From Burkholderiales bacterium (GTDB lineage: Bacteria; Pseudomonadota; Gammaproteobacteria; Burkholderiales; SG8-41), in assembly GCA_050741255.1 (NCBI GenBank), contig JBOIEQ010000004.1:1-61648 (forward strand): a stretch of 61,648 bases of DNA, read 5' to 3'. This document shows, in pieces, positions 11,734-21,238 of the stretch. The position numbers and the translations under genes are program-made. Under the pieces are notes generated by a model. That model saw only the letters and a list, made by a program, of their open reading frames with translations. It made no database searches and had not been told where the DNA came from. The first letter of the stretch is position 1, and each line of letters opens with the position of its first letter.

Positions 11734-12546
11734 ATGCCGCGCATGCCGAAATCCGTGAAAACCACGCCCGCCCTCCCGCTGCGTGACACTGTGCAGTCGC
11801 TCGAACGCGGCCTGGCCGTCATTCGCAGCCTGGGCGACAGTCACGGACAGACGCTGGCCGACGTCGCGAAGCGCACCGGCATGACGCGGGCGGCGGCGCG
11901 GCGCTTCCTGCTGACGCTGGAGGCCCTGGGCTACGTCGGGCGCCATGGCAACGACTTCCACCTCCTGCCCAAGACGCTGGAGCTCGGCTATTCCTATCTG
12001 GCGTCGCAGTCGCTCGCGCAGGTGGCGCAGCCGCACCTGCAGAAACTCGCGAACGAGCTGGGCGAATCCTGCTCGGTCCTGGTGCTCGACCGCCACTCCA
12101 TCATCTACGTGGCGCGCGTGACCGTGAACCGGCTGGTCGGCGCCAACCTGTCCGTCGGTTCGACCCTGCCCGCCTACTGCACGTCCGCCGGCCGCCTGCT
12201 GCTCGCTGCGCTGCCGGAAGCGGCGCTGCGGGCGTACCTCCGGGACGGCGGTTTCGAGAAGCTCACGCCGAAGACCCTGGTGACGCCCGCGGCGTTGCGC
12301 AGGGAGATCGACCGCGCGCGACGCCAGGGCTGGTACCTGATCAACGAGGAACTCGAACACGGCGCGCGGGCACTGTCGGTACCGCTGCACGACGACACGG
12401 GCGGCACCATCGCCGCGATCAACCTGAGCTGCTATGCCGGCCGCGTGCAGCCGGAAACGATGACGGGAAAATTCCTGCCGCGGATGCTCGCTGCCGCCGA
12501 GGCGATCGATGCCGAGATGCGCGTGATCGGCGGCACGCGGCGCTGA
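11734..12546 (+). CDS. IclR-family transcriptional regulator (PcaR/PcaU-like)
   Basis: ORF 11533..12546. Likely start is ATG 11734 or 11743 (MPRMPKSVKTTPALPLRDTVQSLERGLAVIRSLGDSHGQTLADVAKRTGMTRAAARRFLLTLEALGYV). wHTH domain followed by an IclR effector domain. Confidence 0.85.
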   Translation: MPRMPKSVKTTPALPLRDTVQSLERGLAVIRSLGDSHGQTLADVAKRTGMTRAAARRFLLTLEALGYVGRHGNDFHLLPKTLELGYSYLASQSLAQVAQPHLQKLANELGESCSVLVLDRHSIIYVARVTVNRLVGANLSVGSTLPAYCTSAGRLLLAALPEAALRAYLRDGGFEKLTPKTLVTPAALRREIDRARRQGWYLINEELEHGARALSVPLHDDTGGTIAAINLSCYAGRVQPETMTGKFLPRMLAAAEAIDAEMRVIGGTRR

Positions 12547-12637
12547 CACAAGCGGTGCCTCACGCCCTCGTCGCGAGGCATCTGCGACATAATCCAGCGC
12601 TCACCCCCAACGAGCCCCATCCCTCCCCATCACGACC

Positions 12638-14005
12638 ATGACCATTTCAGACCAGCTGTCGGCGTTTGCCGCCGAACTCACCTACGACCGCATCCCGCCC
12701 ACGGTGCGCGAACGCGCGAAGCACCTGATCCTCGACGCCATCGGCATCGCCTACGCGTCGGGGACGTACGATTTTGCCCGCAGCGCCCTGGCCGGCGCCG
12801 AGTCGCTGGGCAGCGGCGACAGCGATGTCTTCGGCCTTGGCAGGCAATTGCCGCTGCGCGACGCCATCATGGTCAACGGCATCCTGGTGCACGGCCTTGA
12901 CTACGACGACACCTACCTGCCCGGTTCGATGCACGTGTCGGCGAGCAGCGTGCCCACGGCGCTCGGCGTGGGCGCGCACACGGGCGCCAGCGGGCGGGAC
13001 ATGCTGACCGCCTGCGTCATCGGCCTGGAAGTCGGCGCGCGTCTCGCGCAGGCGGGCTGCGGCAGCTTCCAGCGCGCGGGCTTTCATCCGACCGGCGTAT
13101 GCGCGGCATTCTCTTCGGCGCTCGTCAGCGGCCGCCTGATGGGGCTGTCCCCGCAGCAGCTCTCGATGGCGCAGGGCATCGCGCTGTCGACGGCGGGAGG
13201 CACCATGGAACCCCTGCAGGACGGTTCCTGGACCAAGCGCATGCATCCCGGCCTGGCGGGCGCCGCGGTCGTCACCGCCGCCAGCTTCGCCAAGGCGGGC
13301 TACATCGGGCCCGGCGCCGCTTACGAGGGTCGGTTCGGTTTCTATAACGTGCACCTCGGCGCATTCTCGGCCGATGCCGATCTGGGCCTGATCACCGTCG
13401 GCCTCGGCGAAGACTGGCAGTTCGTGCGGACCTCGATCAAGCGCTACCCGGCCTGTCATCACGTCCACGCCTTCCTGAATGCCACGCTGGCCCTGGCGCG
13501 CGAGCACGCGATCGCGCCGGACACGATCCGGTCCGTACACACCCTGGTCGAGAAAACGGCCATCCCGCTGATCTGCGAGCCGCACGAGGCCAAGATACGG
13601 CCCGAATCGAGCTATATCGCGCAGTTCAGCCTGCAATATTCGATCGCCTGCTGCCTGGCGCGCGGGCGATTCGGGCTGACAGAACTCGAGCCGGCGGCGC
13701 GCAACGATCCCGCGCTGACGGCACTCGCGTCGACCGTGCGGTTCGCGGTCGACACCGACTCCCCTTACCCGAAATTCCGGGCCGGCGACGTGACCGTCGA
13801 ACTCAAGGATGGCCGCACCCTGCACCGCCTCGAGAAAATCCTGCCCGACGAGCCCGCCGCCGATGCGGACATCGTCGCGAAGTTCATGGACAACGCGCGC
13901 ATGGCGGCGTCGGCACCGCACGCGGCCAAGGTTCGCGATCTGCTGCTGGCGATCGAGCAGGAAACAGACCTCCGGCGCGTGACCCGGATGCTCGGCGAGC
14001 GGTAA
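12638..14005 (+). CDS. MmgE/PrpD-family protein (2-methylcitrate dehydratase superfamily, specificity unknown)
   Basis: 455 aa. MTISDQLSAFAAELTYDRIPPTVRERAKHLILDAIGIAYAS...HGLDYDDT...HPTGV. Confidence 0.85.
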   Translation: MTISDQLSAFAAELTYDRIPPTVRERAKHLILDAIGIAYASGTYDFARSALAGAESLGSGDSDVFGLGRQLPLRDAIMVNGILVHGLDYDDTYLPGSMHVSASSVPTALGVGAHTGASGRDMLTACVIGLEVGARLAQAGCGSFQRAGFHPTGVCAAFSSALVSGRLMGLSPQQLSMAQGIALSTAGGTMEPLQDGSWTKRMHPGLAGAAVVTAASFAKAGYIGPGAAYEGRFGFYNVHLGAFSADADLGLITVGLGEDWQFVRTSIKRYPACHHVHAFLNATLALAREHAIAPDTIRSVHTLVEKTAIPLICEPHEAKIRPESSYIAQFSLQYSIACCLARGRFGLTELEPAARNDPALTALASTVRFAVDTDSPYPKFRAGDVTVELKDGRTLHRLEKILPDEPAADADIVAKFMDNARMAASAPHAAKVRDLLLAIEQETDLRRVTRMLGER

Positions 14006-14012
14006 GCCGCAC

Positions 14013-14993
14013 TTACTCCGCCGTCGCGCCCGCGTCCTTGATGACCTGCGTCCATTTCACGATTTCGCGCTTGATGAACTCGCCGAATTCGGCCGGCGTG
14101 CTGGCGACGACGTCCGCGCCCTGGTTCGCGAAGCGCGTTCTCACTTCGGGGGTTTTCAGGGCTGCGGCGATCGTGCTGTGGAGGCGGTTGACGATCTCCG
14201 GCGGGGTGCCGGCCGGCGCGAGCACGCCGTACCAGATCTCGCCGAGATAGCCCGGCACGGTCTCCGCGATCGCGGGCACGTCCGGCAGCGCGGGCGTCCG
14301 CTTGGCCGACGTCACGCCGAGCGCCCGCACGCGGCCCGCCTGCACCAGCGGCAGCGAGGGCATGAGGCCGTCGACCATCAGCGGCACCTCACCCGCCACC
14401 ACGGCGACCCGCCCCTGCGTGCTGCCCTTGTAGACGATGCCGTTCAGCTTGATGCCCGCCATGGAGGCGAACAGCGCCATATTGAGATGCGGCGTCGAAC
14501 CGTTGCCCGCGTTCACGTAGTCGAGCTTGTTCGGGCGGCTCTTCGCCAGCGCGATCAGTTCCTTGATGGTTTTCGCCGGCACCGAGGGATGCACGATCAG
14601 GATCTGCGTGGTGTTGGCCACCTGCGTGATCGGCGCGAAATCGCGCTCCGGATTGAACGGAAGCTTGGCGCCGTACAAGCCCGGATTGATCGCAATGTTG
14701 CCCGCCGAGGCCAGCATGAGGGTGTAGCCGTCGGGCGGCGCCTTGGCCACCATCTCGGTGCCGATGATGCCGTTGGCGCCGGGGCGGTTGTCCACCACCA
14801 CCTGTTGCTTGAAACTGTCGTTCAGCCGGTCCGCGACGAAGCGGCCCAGGGCGTCCCCGGTACCGCCCGCCGCGGTGGGCACCACCACCCGGATCGGCTT
14901 CACGGGATACGTCTGCGCCCCGGCGTGCGGGGACGCGGACAGCGCCACGCAGAGCGCCCCTGCGCCGAGCAGCGGCGCGATCGGTGTTTTCAT
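14013..14993 (-). CDS. Bug/TctC-family periplasmic substrate-binding protein
   Basis: 326 aa. Signal peptide, then YPVKPIRVVVPTAAGGTGDALGR...DNRPGANG...PPDGYTLML. Confidence 0.88.
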   Translation of the reverse strand: MKTPIAPLLGAGALCVALSASPHAGAQTYPVKPIRVVVPTAAGGTGDALGRFVADRLNDSFKQQVVVDNRPGANGIIGTEMVAKAPPDGYTLMLASAGNIAINPGLYGAKLPFNPERDFAPITQVANTTQILIVHPSVPAKTIKELIALAKSRPNKLDYVNAGNGSTPHLNMALFASMAGIKLNGIVYKGSTQGRVAVVAGEVPLMVDGLMPSLPLVQAGRVRALGVTSAKRTPALPDVPAIAETVPGYLGEIWYGVLAPAGTPPEIVNRLHSTIAAALKTPEVRTRFANQGADVVASTPAEFGEFIKREIVKWTQVIKDAGATAE

Positions 14994-15019
14994 GTTTCTC
15001 CTCCGTCGTTTTTATGAGA

Positions 15020-15919
15020 TCAGTAACGCGCGCGTTTTTCCTCGGGCAGCCCGTACTTCTCCTCCAGGGCCTTCACGCCATCCATGCCGACGATGTCGAA
15101 CCAGTCCTTGAAGGTGGCCATGTCCTTCACCAGATGGCCGACGGTGCCCTTGTCGCGCAACTCGCGCAGGAAATGCCGCACCGCCGGGATCGTCGCCAGG
15201 ATCGCGAAATTCGGATAGATCGCGAACTTGAAGCCGAGCTTCGCGAGTTCGTCCTTGTGCAGGAACGGCGTCTTCCCGCTCGACGCCATGTTGAACAGCG
15301 TGCCGACCTTGAACGCCTTGGGGATCGCGGTCAGGTGCTCCATGGTCAGCGGCGATTCGACGAAGATCATGTCGGCGCCGGCCGCCTCGTAGGCACGGCC
15401 GCGCTCGAGCGCGGCCTCGAAACCCTCGACCGCGAGAGCATCGGTGCGGGCGATGATGAGAAAGTCGTCGTCCATGCGCGCGTCGCACGCGGCCTGGATC
15501 TTGCCGCACATCTCGGCGACCGGGACAATCGTCTTGCCGCCGAGGTGCCCGCAGCGCTTCGGCAGTTCCTGGTCCTCGAGATGCAGGCCGGCGACGCCGG
15601 CTTTCTCGTAGGCAGTCACCGTACGGCGCACGTTGAGTGCATTGCCGTAGCCCGTGTCGGCATCCGCGACGACCGGCAACCCGGAGGCGTCGGCGATGCG
15701 GCCCGCGTTGTCCGCCATCTCCGGCAGCGACAGCAGCCCCACGTCGGGCATGCCCAGCCGCACAGCGGATGTCCCGCCGCCGGTCATGTACAGGGCCTTG
15801 AACCCCTCGGCGGCCACGAGGCGCGCGTTGAGCGCGTCGGCGACGCCCGGGGCAATGACGACGCCGGGGGCAGCGAGCAGTTCGCGCAGTTGGGTGGTCG
15901 GTCGCTTGGCTTTCGCCAT
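15020..15919 (-). CDS. isocitrate lyase/PEP mutase-family enzyme (methylisocitrate- or dimethylmalate-lyase-like)
   Basis: Trimmed to ATG 15919 (MAKAKRPTTQLRELLAAPGVVIAPGVADALNARL...). Motifs DADTGYGNALN and LEDQELPKRCGHLGGK. Confidence 0.85.
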   Translation of the reverse strand: MAKAKRPTTQLRELLAAPGVVIAPGVADALNARLVAAEGFKALYMTGGGTSAVRLGMPDVGLLSLPEMADNAGRIADASGLPVVADADTGYGNALNVRRTVTAYEKAGVAGLHLEDQELPKRCGHLGGKTIVPVAEMCGKIQAACDARMDDDFLIIARTDALAVEGFEAALERGRAYEAAGADMIFVESPLTMEHLTAIPKAFKVGTLFNMASSGKTPFLHKDELAKLGFKFAIYPNFAILATIPAVRHFLRELRDKGTVGHLVKDMATFKDWFDIVGMDGVKALEEKYGLPEEKRARY

Positions 15920-15957
15920 TCCAGTCTCCTCGGGATAAAACGGGTGAACGCGTGCGT

Positions 15958-16566
15958 TCAGGACCAGCTGTGCGTCTCCTGATACCGCCGCTCGAAGGCC
16001 TCGATGGCGTCCACGCGCCGCAGCGTGAGGTCGATCTGGCTCAGGCCTTCGAGCAGGCAACTCTTGCTGAAACCGTCGATCTCGAACGGATGCGTCCGGC
16101 CTTCCACATCGGCGAGCGTCTGCGCCGGCAGGTCCACCGTCAGCGTCGCACCCGGTCGGGCGTGCAGCTGGGCGCGCAACGCGGCGACGGTGGACTCCGG
16201 CAGCCGGATCGGCAGCACGCCGTTCTTCACGCAGTTGTTGTAAAAGATGTCGCCGCAGCTCGGCGCCACGACGCAGCGGATGCCGTAGCGGTCGAAGGCG
16301 ATGGCCGCCGCTTCGCGCGAGGAGCCGCCGCCGAAGTTCGCATTGCCGACGAAGATCTTCGCCTCGCGGTAGGCGGGCTGGTTCAGCACGAAGTCCGCCT
16401 GTTCGCGCCCGTCTGGCCCGACGCGCAGGTCGCGGAACAGGTAGCTCGGATACGCCGGGTCCGTGCGGCGCTTGAGCAGGAAGCGCGCGGGCAAGATCTG
16501 GTCGGTGTCGACGTTCAGCCGGTCGTAAGGCGCGGCAACCGCCGTCAGCACGGTGAAGGGCTGCAT
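15958..16566 (-). CDS. aconitase-family dehydratase small subunit (LeuD-like)
   Basis: 202 aa from ATG 16566: MQPFTVLTAVAAPYDRLNVDTDQILPARFL...GNANFGGGSSREAAA. Its start overlaps the large-subunit stop (TGATG). Confidence 0.85.
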   Translation of the reverse strand: MQPFTVLTAVAAPYDRLNVDTDQILPARFLLKRRTDPAYPSYLFRDLRVGPDGREQADFVLNQPAYREAKIFVGNANFGGGSSREAAAIAFDRYGIRCVVAPSCGDIFYNNCVKNGVLPIRLPESTVAALRAQLHARPGATLTVDLPAQTLADVEGRTHPFEIDGFSKSCLLEGLSQIDLTLRRVDAIEAFERRYQETHSWS

Positions 16567-17981
16567 CAGTGGTCTCCCGCCAGAAATTCGCGCACGTCCG
16601 CGATGCGGCCGGCGATCGCCGTGGCCGCCGCGGTGACGGGGCTCGCCAGATGCGTGCGCGAGCCGGTGCCCTGCCGGCCGACGAAATTCCGGTTGGACGT
16701 CGACACGCAGCGCTTGCCGGCGGGCACGGTGTCGCCGTTGGTGCCGACGCACATGGAGCAACCGGGATGGCCCCAGGTGAACCCTGCGTCCGTGAAGATG
16801 CGGTCCAGCCCTTCGCGTTCGGCCTGGGCTTTCACGAGGCCGGAGCCGGGCACGACGAGCGCGGGGATCTTCGCCTTGCGTCCCTTCGCCACCGCGGCGG
16901 CCGCGCGCAGGTCCTCGATGCGGCCGTTGGTGCAGGAACCGATGAAGACCTGGTCGACCGCGAGGTCCCGCATGGCGATACCGGCCTTCAGGCCCATGTA
17001 GTCGAGCATGCGCTCCATGCTGCGCCGGCGGTCCTGATTGGCTTCGCCCGCCGGATCGGGCACCTGCCCGGTGACCGCCACCACGTCGGCGGCCGTATTG
17101 CCCCAGCTCACCATGGGCGATAGCGCGCCGGCATCGAACGTCATCTCGCGATCGAAGGTCGCGCCGGGATCGGAAGGCAGCGTCTTCCAGTACGCGAGCG
17201 CCTTGTCCCATTCCGCGCCTTTGGGCGCGAAAGGCCGGCCCTGGATATAGGCGTAGGTCGTCTCGTCGGGTGCGATCATGCCGCTGCGCGCGCCGGCCTC
17301 GATCGACATGTTGCACACCGTGAGGCGCTCCTCCACGCTCATCGCGCGGATGGTCGAGCCGGCGTACTCGACGACGTGGCCGAAGCCGCCGGCGGGCCCC
17401 AGCTGGTGGATGATGCCGAGGATCACGTCCTTGGCCGACACGCCGGGGCCGCGTTCGCCCTCGACCGTCACCCGCAGGTTCTTCAGCGGGCGCTGCCAGA
17501 GGCATTGCGTCGCCATGATGTGCGCGGTCTGCCCGCCGATGCCGAACGCCAGCGCCCCCAGCGCGCCGTGCGTCGAGGTGTGCGAATCGCCGCACAGCAC
17601 GAAAAGGCCGGGCAGCGTGATGCCCTGCTCGGGTCCCACCACGTGCGAGATGCCCATGCGCGGATCACCCAGCGCGAAATGGGTCAGGCCGAACTCGGCG
17701 CAGTTGGCGGCAAGCGCGGTGACCAGTTCGCGGCGCTCGTCGTCCGCGAGGTGCTCGAGGGCCGGGCCGCGGCTGCCCGCGAAGTGGTCGGGTTCGCCGA
17801 AGATCTTCCGGGGATGGCGCACGGGGTAGCCATCGGCGCGCAGATGGTCGAACGCATGAAACGACGAGGTGTCGGTCAGCAGCAGCCGATCGACGTACAG
17901 CAGCGTTTCGCCGCTCGCCTCGTCCCGCATGACTGTATGGCTGTCCCAGATCTTCTGGAACAGCGAGCGCGGATGCGCCAT
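16566..17981 (-). CDS. aconitase-family dehydratase large subunit (LeuC-like)
   Basis: Trimmed to ATG 17981 (MAHPRSLFQKIWDSHTV...) with GGAGGAG upstream. Fe-S ligand regions VLCGDSHTSTHGALGA, IGSCTNGRIEDL and GCSMCVG. Confidence 0.88.
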   Translation of the reverse strand: MAHPRSLFQKIWDSHTVMRDEASGETLLYVDRLLLTDTSSFHAFDHLRADGYPVRHPRKIFGEPDHFAGSRGPALEHLADDERRELVTALAANCAEFGLTHFALGDPRMGISHVVGPEQGITLPGLFVLCGDSHTSTHGALGALAFGIGGQTAHIMATQCLWQRPLKNLRVTVEGERGPGVSAKDVILGIIHQLGPAGGFGHVVEYAGSTIRAMSVEERLTVCNMSIEAGARSGMIAPDETTYAYIQGRPFAPKGAEWDKALAYWKTLPSDPGATFDREMTFDAGALSPMVSWGNTAADVVAVTGQVPDPAGEANQDRRRSMERMLDYMGLKAGIAMRDLAVDQVFIGSCTNGRIEDLRAAAAVAKGRKAKIPALVVPGSGLVKAQAEREGLDRIFTDAGFTWGHPGCSMCVGTNGDTVPAGKRCVSTSNRNFVGRQGTGSRTHLASPVTAAATAIAGRIADVREFLAGDH

Positions 17982-18005
17982 GAACACCACTCCTCCGACA
18001 ATGTC

Positions 18006-18040
18006 GTGCGCAACCGCATTCATCTCTTGCGTTATTGCGC
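18006..18040. promoter_or_regulatory. candidate IclR operator half-sites (GTGCGCAACCGCA ... TTGCGTTATTGCGC)
   Basis: Located in the divergent LeuC-like/IclR intergenic region. The second element resembles the GTGCGTATTGCGAAT box at 11635..11649. Confidence 0.3.
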
Positions 18041-18069
18041 TAATGGAATGTATCTTGTATAGATAGAAA

Positions 18070-18897
18070 ATGCAACGACGCCCGCTCCCGCAGACGCATC
18101 CGCAAATCGAAGCCGCCGGCAACGGCGGCGCCCCCGCCGTCTCCCGCGCGGTGGCGATCCTGCGCCTGCTCGGCAAAAGCGAGTCACCCATGAGCCTGAC
18201 GGCCATCGCCGAGCAACTGGGCCTGGTGCCGAGCTCCTGCCTGCGCCTGCTGCGCGTGCTGGTCGCCGAGGAGCTGGTGGCGATGGACCCGGCGCGCAAG
18301 CACTACCGGCTCGACGCCGGCATTCTGCCCCTCGCGCGCAGCGTCCTGCGTCCCCACAACTTCGCGCGCCTGGTGCAGCCGGCGCTCGACCGCCTGAGCA
18401 GCCTCTGGCCGGTGACCGCGGTGGCGGTGCAGGCCGTCTCGCTGGATCACATGGTGGTGGTGGCGGTGTCCGAGTCGAGCGCGCCGCTGCGCGTGCACGT
18501 GGAGATGGGTAGCCGTTTCCCCGCGCTGATGAGCGCGACGGGGCGCTGCGTGGCCGCCTTCTCCCGCGAGCCCTGGTCCGTCATCGAAGCCAAGTTCCGC
18601 GCGGTGCAGTGGGCGAACCCGCCGACCTTCCGGCAATGGCGCACCGAGGTCGAGGCGGCCCGTGCGAACCGTTACAGCGTGGATGAAGGCCACTACATCG
18701 CGGGCGTCACCGTCGTCTCGGCGGCGGTACTGGATGCCGGCGAAGCAATGACCCACGCCGTCATCGTCCTCGGCGTGAGCGAACAGATCGCCCGGCCCGG
18801 CGTGGCCGCCATTGCGCGGGAACTGCGCGGGATCGCCGCCGGCTTCTCGGCGGCGCCGGCGGTCCGGCAGCGCATGGCCTCCGGAACACACGCATGA
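18070..18897 (+). CDS. IclR-family transcriptional regulator
   Basis: 275 aa. VSRAVAILRLLGKSESPMSLTAIAEQLGLVPSSCLRLLRVLVAEELV. Its stop overlaps the next ATG (ATGA at 18894-18897). Confidence 0.85.
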   Translation: MQRRPLPQTHPQIEAAGNGGAPAVSRAVAILRLLGKSESPMSLTAIAEQLGLVPSSCLRLLRVLVAEELVAMDPARKHYRLDAGILPLARSVLRPHNFARLVQPALDRLSSLWPVTAVAVQAVSLDHMVVVAVSESSAPLRVHVEMGSRFPALMSATGRCVAAFSREPWSVIEAKFRAVQWANPPTFRQWRTEVEAARANRYSVDEGHYIAGVTVVSAAVLDAGEAMTHAVIVLGVSEQIARPGVAAIARELRGIAAGFSAAPAVRQRMASGTHA

Positions 18898-20063
18898 CGA
18901 ACTCCGGCTACGACGACGATCTGCAGCAGATTCGCGATTCCGTGCTGAAGCTGTGCGCGGCCTTCGGCGACCCCTACTGGCTGGAACGCGACCGCACCGC
19001 GACCTTTCCCGAGGACTTCTACCGCGCGATCGCAGACGCGGGCTGGCTCGGCATCGCGATGCCCGAAGCATTGGGCGGCGCGGGCCTCGGCATCCGGGAA
19101 GCGGCCGTGCTCATGCAGGCCATCGCCGAGTCTGGCGCGGCCATGAGCGGCGCCTCCGCCGTCCACATGAACATCTTCGGGCTGCAGCCCGTGGTGGTCT
19201 ACGGCACGGCGGAGCAACAACAACGCATGTTGCCGCCGCTGATCCGCGGCGAGGAAAAAGCCTGCTTCGCGGTGACCGAGCCGGACGCCGGCCTGAACAC
19301 CACGCAGATCAAGACGCGCGCGAAACGGCATGGCGACCGCTATGTCGTCTCCGGCCGGAAAATCTGGATCTCCACCGCGCAGGTGGCGCACAAGGTCCTG
19401 TTGCTGGCGCGGACCACCCCGCTCGATAACTGCAAGCGGCGCACCGACGGGCTGACCCTCTTCTACACCGACTTCGACCGCGCGCGCATCGAGGCGCGCG
19501 TCATTCACAAGATGGGCCGGCACGCGGTCGATTCGAACCTGCTGTTCATCGACCAGCTCGAGATCCCGGAATCCGATCGCATCGGCCCCGAGGGCGAAGG
19601 CTTCCGCTGCATCCTGCACGGCATGAATCCGGAGCGGATCCTGATCGCGGCGGAGGCCGTGGGCATCGGCCGCGTGGCGCTGCGGCGGGCGGCGGCCTAT
19701 GCCGCGGAGCGCGTCGTGTTCGACCGCCCCATCGGCCAGAACCAGGGCATCCAGCACCCGCTGGCGAAATGCTGGATGGAAGTCGAGGCGGCCAACCTGA
19801 TGGTGCTGCATGCCGCGAGCCTCTACGACGCGGGCAGGGAGTGCGGCGCCGAGGCGAACGCGGCCAAGTACCTCGCCGGGGAGGCGGCCTTCGCGGCGTG
19901 CGAGGCCGCCGTCCTCACGCATGGGGGCATGGGCTACTCGACGGAGTACCACGTCGAGCGCTACCTGCGCGAAAGCATGATCACGCGCATCGCGCCCATC
20001 AGCCCGCACCTGATCCTCAACTTCATTGCCGAGCGCGTGCTCGGCCTGCCCAAGTCGTACTGA
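18894..20063 (+). CDS. acyl-CoA dehydrogenase family protein
   Basis: 389 aa. ...GIAMPEALGGAGLGIREAAVLMQAIAESG...CFAVTEPDAGLNTTQIKTRAK...GRKIWISTAQ...YLRESMITRIAPISPHLILNFIAERVLGLPKSY. Confidence 0.88.
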   Translation: MTNSGYDDDLQQIRDSVLKLCAAFGDPYWLERDRTATFPEDFYRAIADAGWLGIAMPEALGGAGLGIREAAVLMQAIAESGAAMSGASAVHMNIFGLQPVVVYGTAEQQQRMLPPLIRGEEKACFAVTEPDAGLNTTQIKTRAKRHGDRYVVSGRKIWISTAQVAHKVLLLARTTPLDNCKRRTDGLTLFYTDFDRARIEARVIHKMGRHAVDSNLLFIDQLEIPESDRIGPEGEGFRCILHGMNPERILIAAEAVGIGRVALRRAAAYAAERVVFDRPIGQNQGIQHPLAKCWMEVEAANLMVLHAASLYDAGRECGAEANAAKYLAGEAAFAACEAAVLTHGGMGYSTEYHVERYLRESMITRIAPISPHLILNFIAERVLGLPKSY

Positions 20064-20071
20064 GACCCGCG

Positions 20072-21220
20072 ATGAATCCCCGTGAGACCGGCGGTGCGTT
20101 GAACGGCCTGCGCGTCATCGACCTGACGCGCGTGCTCGGCGGCCCCTACTGCACGCAGATTCTCGGCGACCACGGCGCCGACGTCATCAAGGTCGAACCG
20201 CCGCAGGGCGACGAAACCCGCGCGTGGGGACCGCCCTTCAGGGACGACACCGCCGCCTATTTCCTCGGCGTCAACCGCAACAAGCGCGGCATCGTGCTCG
20301 ACCTCGGCCAACCCGCGGGACGCGACGCGTTGCTGGCGCTGCTGGAAGACGCGGACGTCCTGGTGGAGAACTTCAAGACCGGCACGCTCGAACGCTGGGG
20401 CCTCGGCTACGACGACGTGCTCGAACCGCGCTTTCCAGGTCTTGTGCATTGCCGGATTTCGGGGTTCGGTGCCGACGGGCCGCTCGGCGGCCTGCCGGGC
20501 TACGACGCCGTCGTGCAGGCGATGGCCGGGCTCATGAGCGTCAACGGCGAGGCCGGGGGCGAACCGCTGCGCGTGGGCGTGCCGGTGGTGGACATCGCAA
20601 CGGGGCTCAATGCCGCGATCGGCATCCTCCTCGCCCTGCAGGAGCGCCAGCGCAGCGGAAAAGGCCAGTTCGTCGAGACTACACTCTACGATTGCGGCCT
20701 CTCCTTGCTGCATCCGCATCTGGCGAACGTCTTCCTCGGCGCGAAACCACCGGGCCGCACCGGCAACGCGCACCCGAACATCACGCCCTACGACACCTTC
20801 CGCACACGGTCGGCGCCGATCTTCATCGCCGTCGGCAACGACGGGCAGTTCCGTAAGCTGTGCAGCGAGCTCGGCGCTGCGGCAATCGCGGACGATGTGC
20901 GCTTTGCCGACAACGCCAGCCGCGCGGCGCACCGCACGGCGCTGAAAGCCACACTGGAACAGGCGCTGGCGGAACACGACGGCGCGGTCATCGCCCAGCG
21001 GTTGATCGAGGCGGGTGTGCCCTGCGGCCCGATCTTCGGCATCGACGAGGTGGCGGGGCATCCGCACACCCGTCATCGGGACATGCTGGTCGAGATCGGC
21101 GAATACCGGGGCACCGGCTCGCCGATCAAACTCGGCCGGACGCCGGCGCGCTACGCACGGCGCCCGCCGGCGCTCGGCGAGCACACCGACGAGGTCACAC
21201 GGGCGGCGAAGAAGAAATAG
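20072..21220 (+). CDS. family III CoA-transferase (CaiB/BaiF-like)
   Basis: Trimmed to ATG 20072: MNPRETGGALNGLRVIDLTRVLGGPYCTQILGDHGADVIKVEPPQGDETRAWGPPF. Confidence 0.85.
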   Translation: MNPRETGGALNGLRVIDLTRVLGGPYCTQILGDHGADVIKVEPPQGDETRAWGPPFRDDTAAYFLGVNRNKRGIVLDLGQPAGRDALLALLEDADVLVENFKTGTLERWGLGYDDVLEPRFPGLVHCRISGFGADGPLGGLPGYDAVVQAMAGLMSVNGEAGGEPLRVGVPVVDIATGLNAAIGILLALQERQRSGKGQFVETTLYDCGLSLLHPHLANVFLGAKPPGRTGNAHPNITPYDTFRTRSAPIFIAVGNDGQFRKLCSELGAAAIADDVRFADNASRAAHRTALKATLEQALAEHDGAVIAQRLIEAGVPCGPIFGIDEVAGHPHTRHRDMLVEIGEYRGTGSPIKLGRTPARYARRPPALGEHTDEVTRAAKKK

Positions 21221-21238
21221 CCGCGCGCCGCGGCGGCC

